Of a stretch of DNA of 64,000 nt, positions 52,142 through 64,000 are shown piece after piece (the first letter of the stretch is position 1; each line of letters begins with the position of its first letter). This DNA is from Eledone cirrhosa. Lineage: Eukaryota. Position numbers and translations under genes: made by a program. The DNA lies in the NCBI GenBank assembly GCA_964016885.1, contig OZ024741.1, positions 84,692,001 through 84,756,000 on the forward strand, given 5' to 3'. The notes under the pieces are model-generated. The model had not been told where the DNA came from, searched no databases, and saw only the letters and a list, made by a program, of their open reading frames with translations.

Positions 52142-54280
52142 AATACACAGGTATCAAAGTTATGTTTAAAACATTTAATCGCTGACAATTGTTTCTTCCA
52201 AACTTAGGCTTGGAGTCCTCGGAGCATTATCAATGTTTGTACATATGATTAACCTCCTATTCAACTGAAGAATCATACAGATACATATATATTGATGTTG
52301 TGGACAACAGTTTCATGTTTACAGTGTGGAATGGATGCGACGTATATTATATTATACGAGAATTGTACAATAATTCAAATTAAGATTAAAATTAAAATTA
52401 AAAGCATAGGGTGGAATACATGCGTCAGATAATACAGATAATACAAGAGAATAGTCTAATAATTAAATTAGAGAGATAGTACATGCGTTAGTCATATATA
52501 TAGGAACGGAACAAGCAAATGTATCATGCATATATGAGTACTGTATGGAAGGCTATTATATAAAATACAAGCACTTTAAGCGAATATGTTAGTGTATTAT
52601 GGTGGGTGCAATGTGAGGATATTTTCTGTATAGTTCAAATTTGTATGTGTAGAATATGAAAGTTACAGATTTCACATCCATTACATAAGTTAAGATATAT
52701 TTGTATTGAATGTTTGTTATAGTAATGGATTGTTATTAGTGTTATTTAATCCATATTTATACATTAGAGTTGTTTAACTGCGGGAATTTTCAACGGTTTA
52801 ATATCCGGAAGTGGATATGGAATTAAGGGGAGCTAATGTGTAAGGAGAGATAACTAGCTCATTATAATAATTACATTTCTTGCTCTAATATACATTATAT
52901 AGTGCCTCAATTGTATCCCTTATATAAAAAGTTATATATTTATATTTAATTTTAAATACAGTCTACTCTCTCATAATATATTAAAGGTTTCATTAGATTG
53001 TTGTCTACCCAATATTTGGTAAGATATGGAATAACGTATAGCTGTTTGCATGATAAACTAGGTACATCTCTTGAGTAAATCAATTAATCCTTTATATACA
53101 TTGTTATTAATTTATACATCTAATTATAAATGTATATATAATTCATTGTTCCATATTACATTTAAGTTAGATAAATCCCTTATGTTAATAAATTAATTCT
53201 TTATATACAATGTTATTAATTTATACATTTAATTATAAATGTATATATAATTCATTGTTACATTTATAATATAAATTTAATATATATTGTATTATAATTC
53301 AATCACTATATAATTATAAGTAATCTAAAGTAATTATATTAAAAGGTGGTGACTATAAGAATATTTCTAGAGTATAAAGTTGTAGATAAAAATGATTTGT
53401 GTAGAGGAAAGGGGGGGGGGGCTCAAAGAGTGTGACACAGCTGTGGAAGGTAAGTCTTAGAGGTGAAGTGCTAATGGTGGTGATGAGTTCAAATCTGACA
53501 TTGTTATAAAGCTGTTTAAAGCTATGGAATGAGTGTCGGAAGCGGTGCTGGCACGATGCAAACACTTCCGATTTTTTATTTAGGAGGTTAAGATTCGAAA
53601 AGATTATAGTATGGGTCTCTAGGAGACAGAGGTTACAAAATGTATTAGGTGGTTTATACGATGCAGCCCTACCTACTACTTCCCATTGAAGTGTATATGG
53701 TCTATTCCTAGTTTTCAGATAGTGTATGTAGCTAGATAGTGAAGTGGAGTTGGCTAGATTGAGTTTTTTGAAAGAGTGGAGGTGCGTGTTGTATTTCGTC
53801 TTGAAGCAGTTCGAAGTAGAGCCTATATATGTTTTAGAAGAGTTGTTAGTGTTGACCGTGCAGGAGTAAATGATGTCTTTGATTAAGCAGATTTTACCTA
53901 AAGGGCAGGTTCTATTTGATCTACAGTTACATTTATTTTGGATGTTAACTTGTCGGTTATTATGTTGTGTAGAAGTCTGGTTGCTAGGGATAGTATTAGG
54001 GCTATGATGGTTGTCGTTCCTAGTGTTATTGATTTCATTAGTGTTATTACTATTATTACTATTGCTATTAGGGTGTGTAGTTATTATGTTGTTCTGAAAG
54101 TTTACCTCCTGCTGTGTTTTAATTTGTTGAAAATAAGTATTAATCTTTCTTTTATTACTACTAACTATATGGTATGCTATGTTAGGTGTGGTAGAGTAAG
54201 AGATTTTAATGGTGTTTTTATTTATAAGATTATGGTACTTGTGGCCAGATGGGAAGTTTTTTTCTTCTAAGGTAGAAATA
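52140..54280 (-). mobile_element. 5'-truncated Naiad-like Penelope element with 3' pLTR and hammerhead variant
   Basis: Minus strand NKCNCRSNRTCPLGKICLIKDIIYSCTV..KTYIGSTSNCFKTKYNTHLHSF (~53940-53770); HHR-like GCT-CCGAGGA..GAAA-caattg-TC-AGC at 52181-52225, then (TA)n. Confidence 0.8.
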
Positions 54281-54461
54281 AATTATTGACCTTCCCTGTT
54301 TATAGTTATTTATAGTATATATATACATAACTATAAATAGTATTTTTAATATTTTATATATATATATATATACAAAAGTTTTATTTAAATTGTTGGGATA
54401 CAACAAGCAAATATTTTTATAACTGATATAAAGCACTCGACAAATATTTGGAGTAGATATA

Positions 54462-57400
54462 TGATATTAATAAATGGAAACTATATTTATAAAACCATAT
54501 TTATTTCATTATATATATTTCAAGGATACCAAGTTACATTATGGTATGCCTTCATCAGACAGAATACAATATATAACAGTTTTATAAATAGACTTTGACG
54601 TACCCCTTTTAAAAATTGACCGTTGTTTTTGGAGGCCATCAGGATAGTGATTTGTTTACTTTAGAGAGTCATAGTGTTAAGAGTAAGTAAAACGATGGAG
54701 AGAGAGAGAGAGAAACGTGGAGAAAAGAAAGGGAGAGATAGATAAAGAAAAAGAAGAAAACAAAAAGAAAAGAGAACAGAGGAAAATTAACGGGGAGATA
54801 TCAAACCATCAGACAGAGAAAAAAATCCAGAGAGAGATATATAGAGATAGAGAGAGGGGGGAGAGAACGAAAGCCTTAAGTTATGTCATATTAAGTTGAG
54901 TTAACAATTGGGATGAAAAGCATAAATAAAATTAGAAATATTAAAATTCATGAATGGAATATAGATATATATGAGAAATTACACATTGTTTAATTATGAT
55001 TAGATATTTAGTTTAAAATTGAGATCAATATATTAAAAGTTGGAATTTAAACATTATAAAATATATAATTCGCTAGAGAGATTATCTATCGCATATTACA
55101 GACACATAGGCAAAGGTACATAAATATATATATATACACACTCACTCAGAAAATACACATTATATCTACTCCCGTACATAATATATATATACAAAGCATA
55201 AGTGATTTTTTGCCATACATTCCCTGTGTTATTAATTAAAAATTAAAAGTTTTTAGTATATATATATAAATATATAGGATTTACTTTCATGCATTTATGG
55301 CTGTTAAGTTATGCATATCTGCAATCAAAAACTGCATGTGTAAGCCTGTACATTCACATCCATAATTCTTAGCTATACATGAATAGATATGTGTGTGCAT
55401 CTTCAATTGGTATACACGCGTCACTCATGCATATATACAGACAGACATATAATCATAAAAAAGCATATAACACATGTATATGTATGTCAACACACACATA
55501 TAGATACATTAGCCGTATATAGATATAATCAACATATAACATATACATAGTACAATTGAGTATATAAAATATAAAATACAAAAGGATTATATTTTGGAAA
55601 TATAATTATATCAATATAACTTAAAAAGCAAACGAATTCTACAAATATCAAAATACTAAAATATCCCAAAATATTATAGAATATTTTAAGTTAAAATAAT
55701 ATGTTTAATATATTTAGTATAGAAATTAATCTTACGTATATTTTAATCAAGATATTGAAAGGACAAACTTTTGAAAATTATGAGAAGCTATCAGAATAAA
55801 AAATAAATCTAATAAAAATTATGAGAAGCTATCAGAATAAAAACAAATCTAATAAAAACAAATCTAATAAAAATAAAAAATAAAATGAATCTAATAAAAA
55901 ATAAATAAAATGAATCTAATAAAAAATAAAATAATATATCAATATAACTTAAAAAACAAGGATTCTACAGATGTCAAAATATTAAAAAGTTTAAAATAAA
56001 AATTAAAATAAAAATAAAAATAAAAATAAAAATAAAAATAAAAATAAAAATAAAAATAAAAATAAAAATAAAAATAAAAATAAAAAATAAATAAAAAATA
56101 AAAAATAAAAATTAAATAAAAAATAAAAAATAAAAAATAAAAAATAAAAAATAAAATTTAAAAAAATTGTTAAAATTTTTTTTAAAATTTCAAAAATTTT
56201 TTTTTAAATCTTTAAAATTTCAAAAATTAAAAAAAAATTTTTTTAAATTTTAAAAACTCTTAAAATAGAATATTTTAAGCTAAAATATGTTTAGTATAGA
56301 AATTTATCTTACGTATATTTTATTCAAGATATTGAAAGGATAAACTTTTCTAGAATAGTTTATTATATTTATAATTATATTTATGAAGAAAATTTATACT
56401 TGGGTACTTAATGAAAGAAAATGAAAAAGGTGAAGGAATCTATATGATTTATCGACAGGTTAGATATTTTAACTAAATTACTTAATTAATTAAACTACAT
56501 TTTAAATTTATATTTATATTTAAACGTTGAGTTCAATCTATGTCTGCAGGAACTGAATAAATTATTCCTTAAATTAAGGGAATTTTTGGTCTTTAATATA
56601 AAAAAAAAATATTTCCTCTATACAAAGGTCACAATTTTCTGAAGAGGAATTAAAAGGAGTAGCTTTCTGAAATAATATTCCAAATCAGCGAATATTCAAC
56701 ATTATCTCGTTTTAGGTCCCATAATAGGCTAGATAGCGAAGTTGAAGATTTTTTGTTTGGATCTGTAAAAGAATTTTTATGATTATTGAAGCGGGATTTA
56801 AATTCTGTAGAGGTAGAACCGACATAGTTAAATGAATTTAAATTAGTTTTAACATTACAATTATAAACTACATTTTTAGCTAAGCAGTTGTTATTTAACG
56901 GACAATTGGATTTATCTCTACAGTTACAGTTATTCGATTGAATATTGCTTGGGTTATTATTGGTATTTTGGTTAGGTTTTAAATTTCTATTATTAATTCT
57001 ATTAATATTTTGCGCTAAATTTTTGGTGGAAGAGTAGGTTAATTTTATAGTATGTCTATTAAAAATTGAGTAATATTTATGTGTTCTAGGGAATCGTTTG
57101 TCAAGAGCTTTAAAGAATAGTTTAGCAATAGGGGTTTTAATATTTAGTGAGAAAGGGGGAGCGAACCATAATATATTCCTAGTTCTATTTCTTTTTCGGC
57201 TTTCGGAGTTATAGTAATATTTTCTATTATGGTTGTTGAAATTGTTACCATAATTAAAGTTGTTATTATTTTGGTTATTTTGTATATTATTATTATTATC
57301 GATGTATTTAATTTTATTTCTATACCCAGCTCTACCTAACGCTTCGTTGTAATAATGCGCTTTTTCCTCAAATATATTCTTATTAGATGAAATTCTTGAA

Positions 57401-57920
57401 ATTCGTTTTTGAACAGAGTTCACTATAGTATTTTTAACGGATCTGCGGTGATTAGAGTTAAAATTGTCATAATTTAAGTTCTCATTTAGTTTGTGAAATG
57501 GATAATGAAGATGTGTTGAGATTTAGTGTTACATCTAGAAAATTGACTATTTTATGGTTATTCTCTATTTCTACTTTTAGATTAAGGTAATTAAAAAATT
57601 GTATTTGTTTTCTTTTTCTATTTAGTTCACAGCTATTATTTTCTATAAGTAAAAGCATGTCGTCACGATATAAGCCTCCGGTTACATCTGGAATTTTTCT
57701 ATGTAGAGAATTAATTATAAATAGGCCCACAAGGTCCGTTACCTGAGCTGAGTCTGAAGATCCCATAGTTATGTCGAAATTATTATTTCTATCTGCCCTA
57801 GTCCAGAGTTGGTTATTAAATTCTATTAATGTTTTCCGTGCCGATAATATAATGTGCATTTCATTGCTAGTTAGGTCTGTATGTTTAAATGCGTAAGTTA
57901 GTGCCTTATTCAGTAGATTA
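54462..57920 (-). mobile_element. Inverted left arm of the Penelope element (copy of 58319-61989)
   Basis: ORF 56650-57423 ILWFAPPFS..IKLTYSS..CNCRDKSNCPLNNNCLAKNVVY..NYVGST; near-perfect reverse complement of the right arm. Confidence 0.92.
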
Positions 57921-60900
57921 TTGAAGGAACTAAGGAAGAAATATAAAGTAGCAAATAAGGACGAACTTGAAAAACTGAATACAGATGCCTCTTGTATAAT
58001 GCATGAACTAGACATTGTAAATACAATACAACCCTTCATGCCAAGGAAACCTAAGATCAATATGAAGGATCATAAAAGAAACTTTGAAAATGATTTACCA
58101 GTCAGATTAATTGCACCATCTAAATCTGGCCTGGGCAGACTTAGCAAAAATATTCTAGACAGAGTTATACAACAAATTAAGAATTGACCTAATTTATCTT
58201 ACTTAAAATTATGGAAAGGGACTAGTGAGCTTATCGACTGGTTTAAAGAAATTAAATATAACTATAATAATAAGTTTATTCAGTTGGATATTGCTAACTA
58301 CTACTCATCTATCACTCCTAATCTACTGAATAAGGCACTAACTTACGCATTTAAACATACAGACCTAACTAGCAATGAAATGCACATTATATTATCGGCA
58401 CGGAAAACATTAATAGAATTTAATAACCAACTCTGGACTAGGGCAGATAGAAATAATAATTTCGACATAACTATGGGAACTTCAGACTCAGCTCAGGTAA
58501 CGGACCATGTGGGCCTATTTATAATTAATTCTCTACATAGAAAAATTCCAGATGTAACCGGAGGCTTATATCGTGACGACATGCTTTTACTTATAGAAAA
58601 TAATAGCTGTGAACTAAATAGAAAAAGAAAACAAATACAATTTTTTAATTACATTAATCTAAAAGTAGAAATAGAGAATAACCATAAAATAGTCAATTTT
58701 CTAGATGTAACACTAAATCTCAACACATGTCTTCATTATCCATTTCACAAACTAAATGAGAACTTAAATTATGACAATTTTAACTCTAATCACCGCAGAT
58801 CCGTTAAAAATACTATAGTGAACTCTGTTCAAAAACGAATTTCAAGAATTTCATCTAATAAGAATATATTTGAGGAAAAAGCGCATTATTACAACGAAGC
58901 GTTAGGTAGAGCTGGGTATAGAAATAAAATTAAATACATCGATAATAATAATAATATACAAAATAACCAAAATAATAACAACTTTAATTATGGTAACAAT
59001 TTCAACAACCATAATAGAAAATATTACTATAACTCCGAAAGCCGAAAAAGAAATAGAACAAGGAATATATTATGGTTCGCTCCCCCTTTCTCACTAAATA
59101 TTAAAACCCCTATTGCTAAACTATTCTTTAAAGCTCTTGACAAACGATTCCCTAGAACACATAAATATTACTCAATTTTTAATAGACATACTATAAAATT
59201 AACCTACTCTTCCACCAAAAATTTAGCGCAAAATATTAATAGAATTAATAATAGAAATTTAAAACCTAACCAAAATACCAATAATTTACCCAAACAATAT
59301 TCAATCGAATAACTGTAACTGTAGAGATAAATCCAATTGTCCGTTAAATAACAACTGCTTAGCTAAAAATGTAGTTTATAATTGTAATGTTAAAACTAAT
59401 TTAAATTCATTTAACTATGTCGGTTCTACCTCTACAGAATTTAAATCCCGCTTCAATAATCATAAAAATTCTTTTACAGATCCAAACAAAAAATCTTCAA
59501 CTTCGCTATCTAGCCTATTATGGGACCTAAAACGAGATAATGTTGAATATTCGCTGATTTGGAATATTATTTCAGAAAGCTACTCCTTTTAATTCCTCTT
59601 CAGAAAATTGTGACCTTTGTATAGAGGAAATATTTTTTTTTTATATTAAAGACCAAAAATTCCCTTAATTTAAGGAATAATTTATTCAGTTCCTGCAGAC
59701 ATAGATTGAACTCAACGTTTAAATATAAATATAAATTTAAAATGTAGTTTAATTAATTAAGTAATTTAGTTAAAATATCTAACCTGTCGATAAATCATAT
59801 AGATTCCTTCACCTTTTTCATTTTCTTTCATTAAGTACCCAAGTATAAATTTTCTTCATAAATATAATTATAAATATAATAAACTATTCTAGAAAAGTTT
59901 ATCCTTTCAATATCTTGAATAAAATATACGTAAGATAAATTTCTATACTAAACATATTTTAGCTTAAAATATTCTATATTTTAAGAGTTTTTAAAATTTT
60001 TAAAAAATTTTTAAAATTTTTGAAATTTTAAAGATTTTTTTTTTTAAATTTGAAATTTTTTTTAAAAATTAAAAAAAAATTTTTTAAATTTCTTTATTTT
60101 TTATTTATTTTTTATTTTTTATTTATTTTTTATTTATTTTTTAATTTTATTTTTATTTTTATTTTATTTTTATTTTTATTTATTTTTATTTTTATTTTTA
60201 TTTTTATTTTTATTTTTATTTTTATTTCTATTTCTATTTTTATTTTTATTTTTATTTTTTTTATTTTTATTTTTATTATTTTTATTTTTATTTTTATTTT
60301 TATTTTTATTTTTATGTTTATTTTTATTTTTATTTTTATTTTTATGTTTATTTTTATTTTTATTTTTATTTTTATTTTTATTTTTATTTTTATTTTTATT
60401 TTTATTTTTATTTTTATTTTTATTTTTATTTTTATTTTTATTTTTATTTTTATTTTTATTTTTATTTTTATTTTTAATATTTTGACATCTGTAGAATCCT
60501 TGTTTTTTAAGTTATATTGATATATTTTATTTTTTATTAGATTTATTTTTTATTAGATTCATTTTATTTATTTTTTATTAGATTCATTTTATTTTTTATT
60601 TTTATTAGATTTGTTTTTATTCTGATAGCTTCTCATAATTTTTATTAGATTTATTTTTTTATTCTGATAGCTTCTCATAATTTTCAAAAGTTTGTCCTTT
60701 CAATATCTTGATTAAAATATACGTAAGATTAATTTCTGTACTAAATATATTAAACATATTATTTTAACTTAAAATATTCTATAATATTTTGGGATATTTT
60801 AGTATTTTGATATTTGTAGAATTCGTTTGCTTTTTAAGTTATATTGATATAATTATATTTCCAAAATACAATCCTTTTGTATTTTATATTTATATACTCA

Positions 60901-61989
60901 ATTGTACTATGTTATATGTTGATTATATCTATATACGGCTAATGTATCTATATGTGTGTGTTGACATACATATACATGTGTTATATGCTTTTTTATGATT
61001 ATATGTCTGTCTGTATATATGCATGAGTGACGCGTGTATACCAATTTAAGATGCACACACATATCTATTCATGTATAGCTAAGAATTATGGATGTGAATG
61101 TACAGGCTTACACATGCAGTTTTTGATTGCAGATATGCATAACTTAACAGCCATAAATGCATGAAAGTAAATCCTATATATTTATATATATATACTAAAA
61201 ACTTTTAATTTTTAATTCATAACACAGGGAATGTATAGCAAAAAATCACTTATGCTTTGTATATATATATCATGTGCGGGAGTAGATATAATGTGTATTT
61301 TCTGAGTGAGTGTGTATATATATATATTTATGTACCTTTGCCTATGTGTATGTAATATGCGATAGATAATCTCTCTAGCAATATATATATTTTATAATGT
61401 TTAAATTCCAATTTTTAATATATTGATCTCAATTTTAAACTAAATATCTAATCATAATTAAATAATGTGTAATTTCTCATATTATATATCTATATTCCAT
61501 TCATGAATATTAATATTTCTAATTTTCTTTATGCTTTTCATCCCAATTCTTAACTCAACTTAATATGACATAACTTAAGGCTTTCGTTCTCTCCCCCCTC
61601 TCTCTATCTCTATATATCTCTCTCTGGATTTTTTTCTCTGTCTGATGGTTTGATATCGCCCCGTTATTTTTCCTCTGTTCTCTTTTCTTTTTGTTTTCTT
61701 CTTTTTCTTTATCTATCTCTCCCTTTCTTTTCTCCGCGTTTCTTTCTCTCACTCCATCTTTTTACTTACTCTTAACACTATGACTTACTAAAGTAAACAA
61801 ATCACTATCCTGATGGCCTCCAAAAACAACGGTCAATTTTTAAAAGGGGTACGTCAAAGTCTATTTATAAAACTGTTATATATTGTATTTTGTCTGATGA
61901 AGGCATACCATAATGTAACTTGGTATCCTTGAAATATATATAATGAAATAAATATGGTTTTATAAATATAGTTTCCATTTATTAATATC
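57921..61989 (+). mobile_element. Naiad-like Penelope element, 5'-truncated: RT + GIY-YIG, long AT-rich 3' region, terminal pLTR
   Basis: One frame 57921-59312 with a single TGA at 58185: KDHK..VRLIAPSKSGLG, QLDIANYYSSI, FDITMG, GLYRDD, VNFLDVTL; frameshift ~59290 before the GIY-YIG; (TTTTTA)n tract ~60080-60476. Confidence 0.92.
61886..61950 (+). ncRNA. pLTR hammerhead motif (mirror copy at 54502-54566, minus strand)
   Basis: TATTTTGT-CTGATGA-AGGcATACCA taatgtaact TGGTATCCTt-GAAA-tatata-TA-ATGAAATA. Confidence 0.65.
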
Positions 61990-61990
61990 G

Positions 61991-62100
<110 letters not shown>

Positions 62101-62954
62101 GTGTACGCATATTTAAGAACAATTGTTACATTTTCCTATCTGCAGTTTTCCCTACGGTCTGTGACAAATTAGCAAACTTAGGATAATTCTGTAAAATGTC
62201 AAAATAATGAAGAGAAGAAAATATGTTGTGGAACCGGTAATGAAACATTTTCCCCGGCTTTAACCATTTTCTGGTGATTAAAACGGTTTCTAATTTTGGT
62301 GTATTACCAGTATTTTAATGAGAAGGGAAATTCGTTTACAATGACACATGCACCTGAGAGGTAATGTATTTATTGGCTATTAGAGGATGACACAAAAATT
62401 TAATCTTTGTCAGTCTTGAACTAAAAGTATTCTTTCCGGCATTGTAAAGAAATTGTTATTCGGCCACCTACAATATTGGACAGAACGGTAGACAACAATA
62501 GAACCTTCAATCTTTTGAACACTAAACTCCTTTCATTACCTTTATACTAAGGCAAACTGACATACTCGTAATTCATAATTATGATGAATTCTTCAGTTTC
62601 GACAATAAGCAATCAGTTCCTTGATCAACTAAATTTTCAACGCATGACTTAACCTGTATGTGGTTGAAGCATGACCCTTCCAATAATTTTAAAGCCAAAC
62701 CAGCCTGATATGATATGTGATAATATTGGACCTTTGAATTGCAAGTACAACCCAACGACAGATTTATATACAGTTTCCGTCTATCCAGGTTCGTATAAAG
62801 GCTTGGATTGAGCGGGGTTACAGTAGAATCTTTTGTCCATGAGTAAACATTGTACCCGGCATTATACCCGTAATCACCTGATTGTTTTACGAAACTTAAT
62901 CATTGAGTCATGTCTCCATCCACTATTTATGATAATAATCATAGTCTAAATACT

Positions 62955-63910
62955 TTTGACGCAAGGCTAGAAATCTAAGGAGAAGGGAAAGTCGATTAAA
63001 TCAGGCCCATTAATTGAATGTTACTTTATTTTATTGACCTCGGAAAAATGAAAAGCAAATTTGTCCTCTGGATTTGGCCAGAGAACGTAAAGAACCAGAA
63101 CAAATAATACTAAAAGTTGACCTCTGTTAGATTTAAATCCAGAACGTAAAAAACCATACAAATACTACTAAGCATTTGTCCGACGCTTCAGTACCCATCC
63201 ATTGCAATTAAATATTTATACTTTATCAATTTATCGGGAGGGGAGTGTCGAGTTTATCGAAGCCAGTACTTTACTTCAGCATCCACAGGTGAATATAACC
63301 TCGGTGGAATTTAGGCTCTTGTAAAGTATGTATCCCGTAAGGATGAAAGGAAAGCCTAAGATTGGCGGATTTGAAATCATGACGTAAATGTAAAGTACCC
63401 AAACAAATACCCCAAAGGCTTCTTGTCTTATAATACCAGTGTACCATCTTTCAAATAATGATTTCAACTTTAAGCACAAAGCCAGAAATTTAGAGGAAGT
63501 AAAAGTCGATTAAATCGACTCCAATACTTGACTGGTATTTAACTTTATCGACAGCTGGAAGAATATATGGCAAAGTTGGCTTTAGTGGGATTTGAAATCA
63601 GAAAGTAAAGAACCGGAAAAAATACCACGAATTATTTTCTTCAGTGTTTTAACAATTCTGCCTGGCCACCACCTTTTTTGTAAATCATAATAATAATTGT
63701 CTCTACTTTTAGCATATGACCAAGGAAAGAGAAAAGTCGATTAAATCGATCCCAGTGGGTTTCTGGTACTTTATTTTATAGACCCCGTAAGGATGAAAGG
63801 AAAGCCTAACCCTGGCGGATTTGAAATGATGACGTAAAGAACCGGAAGAAATTCAACGAAGTATATTCTCCAATGCTCTAATAAATCTGCCAAGCAACCA
63901 ACGTTTGCGT
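62955..63910 (-). mobile_element. Cluster of about 4-5 diverged head-to-tail SINE copies
   Basis: Recurring gtcgattaaatc..ctggtactttattttat.gacc..aggatgaaagg..ggatttgaa..acgtaaagaacc blocks (reverse complement of the SINE core). Confidence 0.7.
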
Positions 63911-64000
63911 TATTCATAATAATAAAATATTGATAACATACATATTCCGCTTATTTTATAATACAAATCAAAGGAAAAGATGTAGCCTGTATTATTATCC

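Noticed and set aside
53082-53260. 109-bp-period tandem duplication
   Set aside because: Ordinary AT-rich duplication inside a PLE 3' region
57482-58060. 192-aa minus-strand ORF with a novel N-terminus fused to RT
   Set aside because: Read-through across the inversion junction at 57920; the N-terminus is antisense RT sequence
58185-58187. In-frame TGA in the Naiad-like ORF (57921-59312 is one frame); some Naiads encode selenoproteins
   Set aside because: The position (IKN*PNL) is not an evident conserved Cys, the zinc-finger cysteines use TGT/TGC, no SECIS was recognised, and the copy has other lesions; a nonsense mutation is more likely

Overview
Repeat-dominated, AT-rich eukaryotic DNA with no recognisable host gene. 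An invertebrate origin, probably octopus/cephalopod, is inferred from the SINE family and the (TA)n/(CA)n density. 1-13.6 kb holds three decayed, head-to-tail Tx1-type (L1 clade) LINEs on the minus strand; where ends are visible they abut (GATA)n tracts. The rest is a mosaic of Penelope-like elements (PLEs; three Naiad-like, one Neptune-like, one forming a ~7.5 kb inverted repeat), a Helitron deletion derivative, a mariner relic, R4/Dong-like, CRE-like and RTE fragments, and SINEs. The strongest signal is a set of at least seven unrelated short non-coding units carrying minimal type I hammerhead ribozyme (HHR) motifs, resembling retrozymes or PLE pseudo-LTRs. They sit in or next to (TA)n tracts as tandem and/or fold-back arrays. 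The largest is a near-identical 311-bp array with 10 complete HHR motifs (39.1-42.5 kb). In most units the inversion or truncation point lies at or next to the ribozyme, and three units carry ATGCAAAT octamers. All structures were read by eye; no searches or folding were run.
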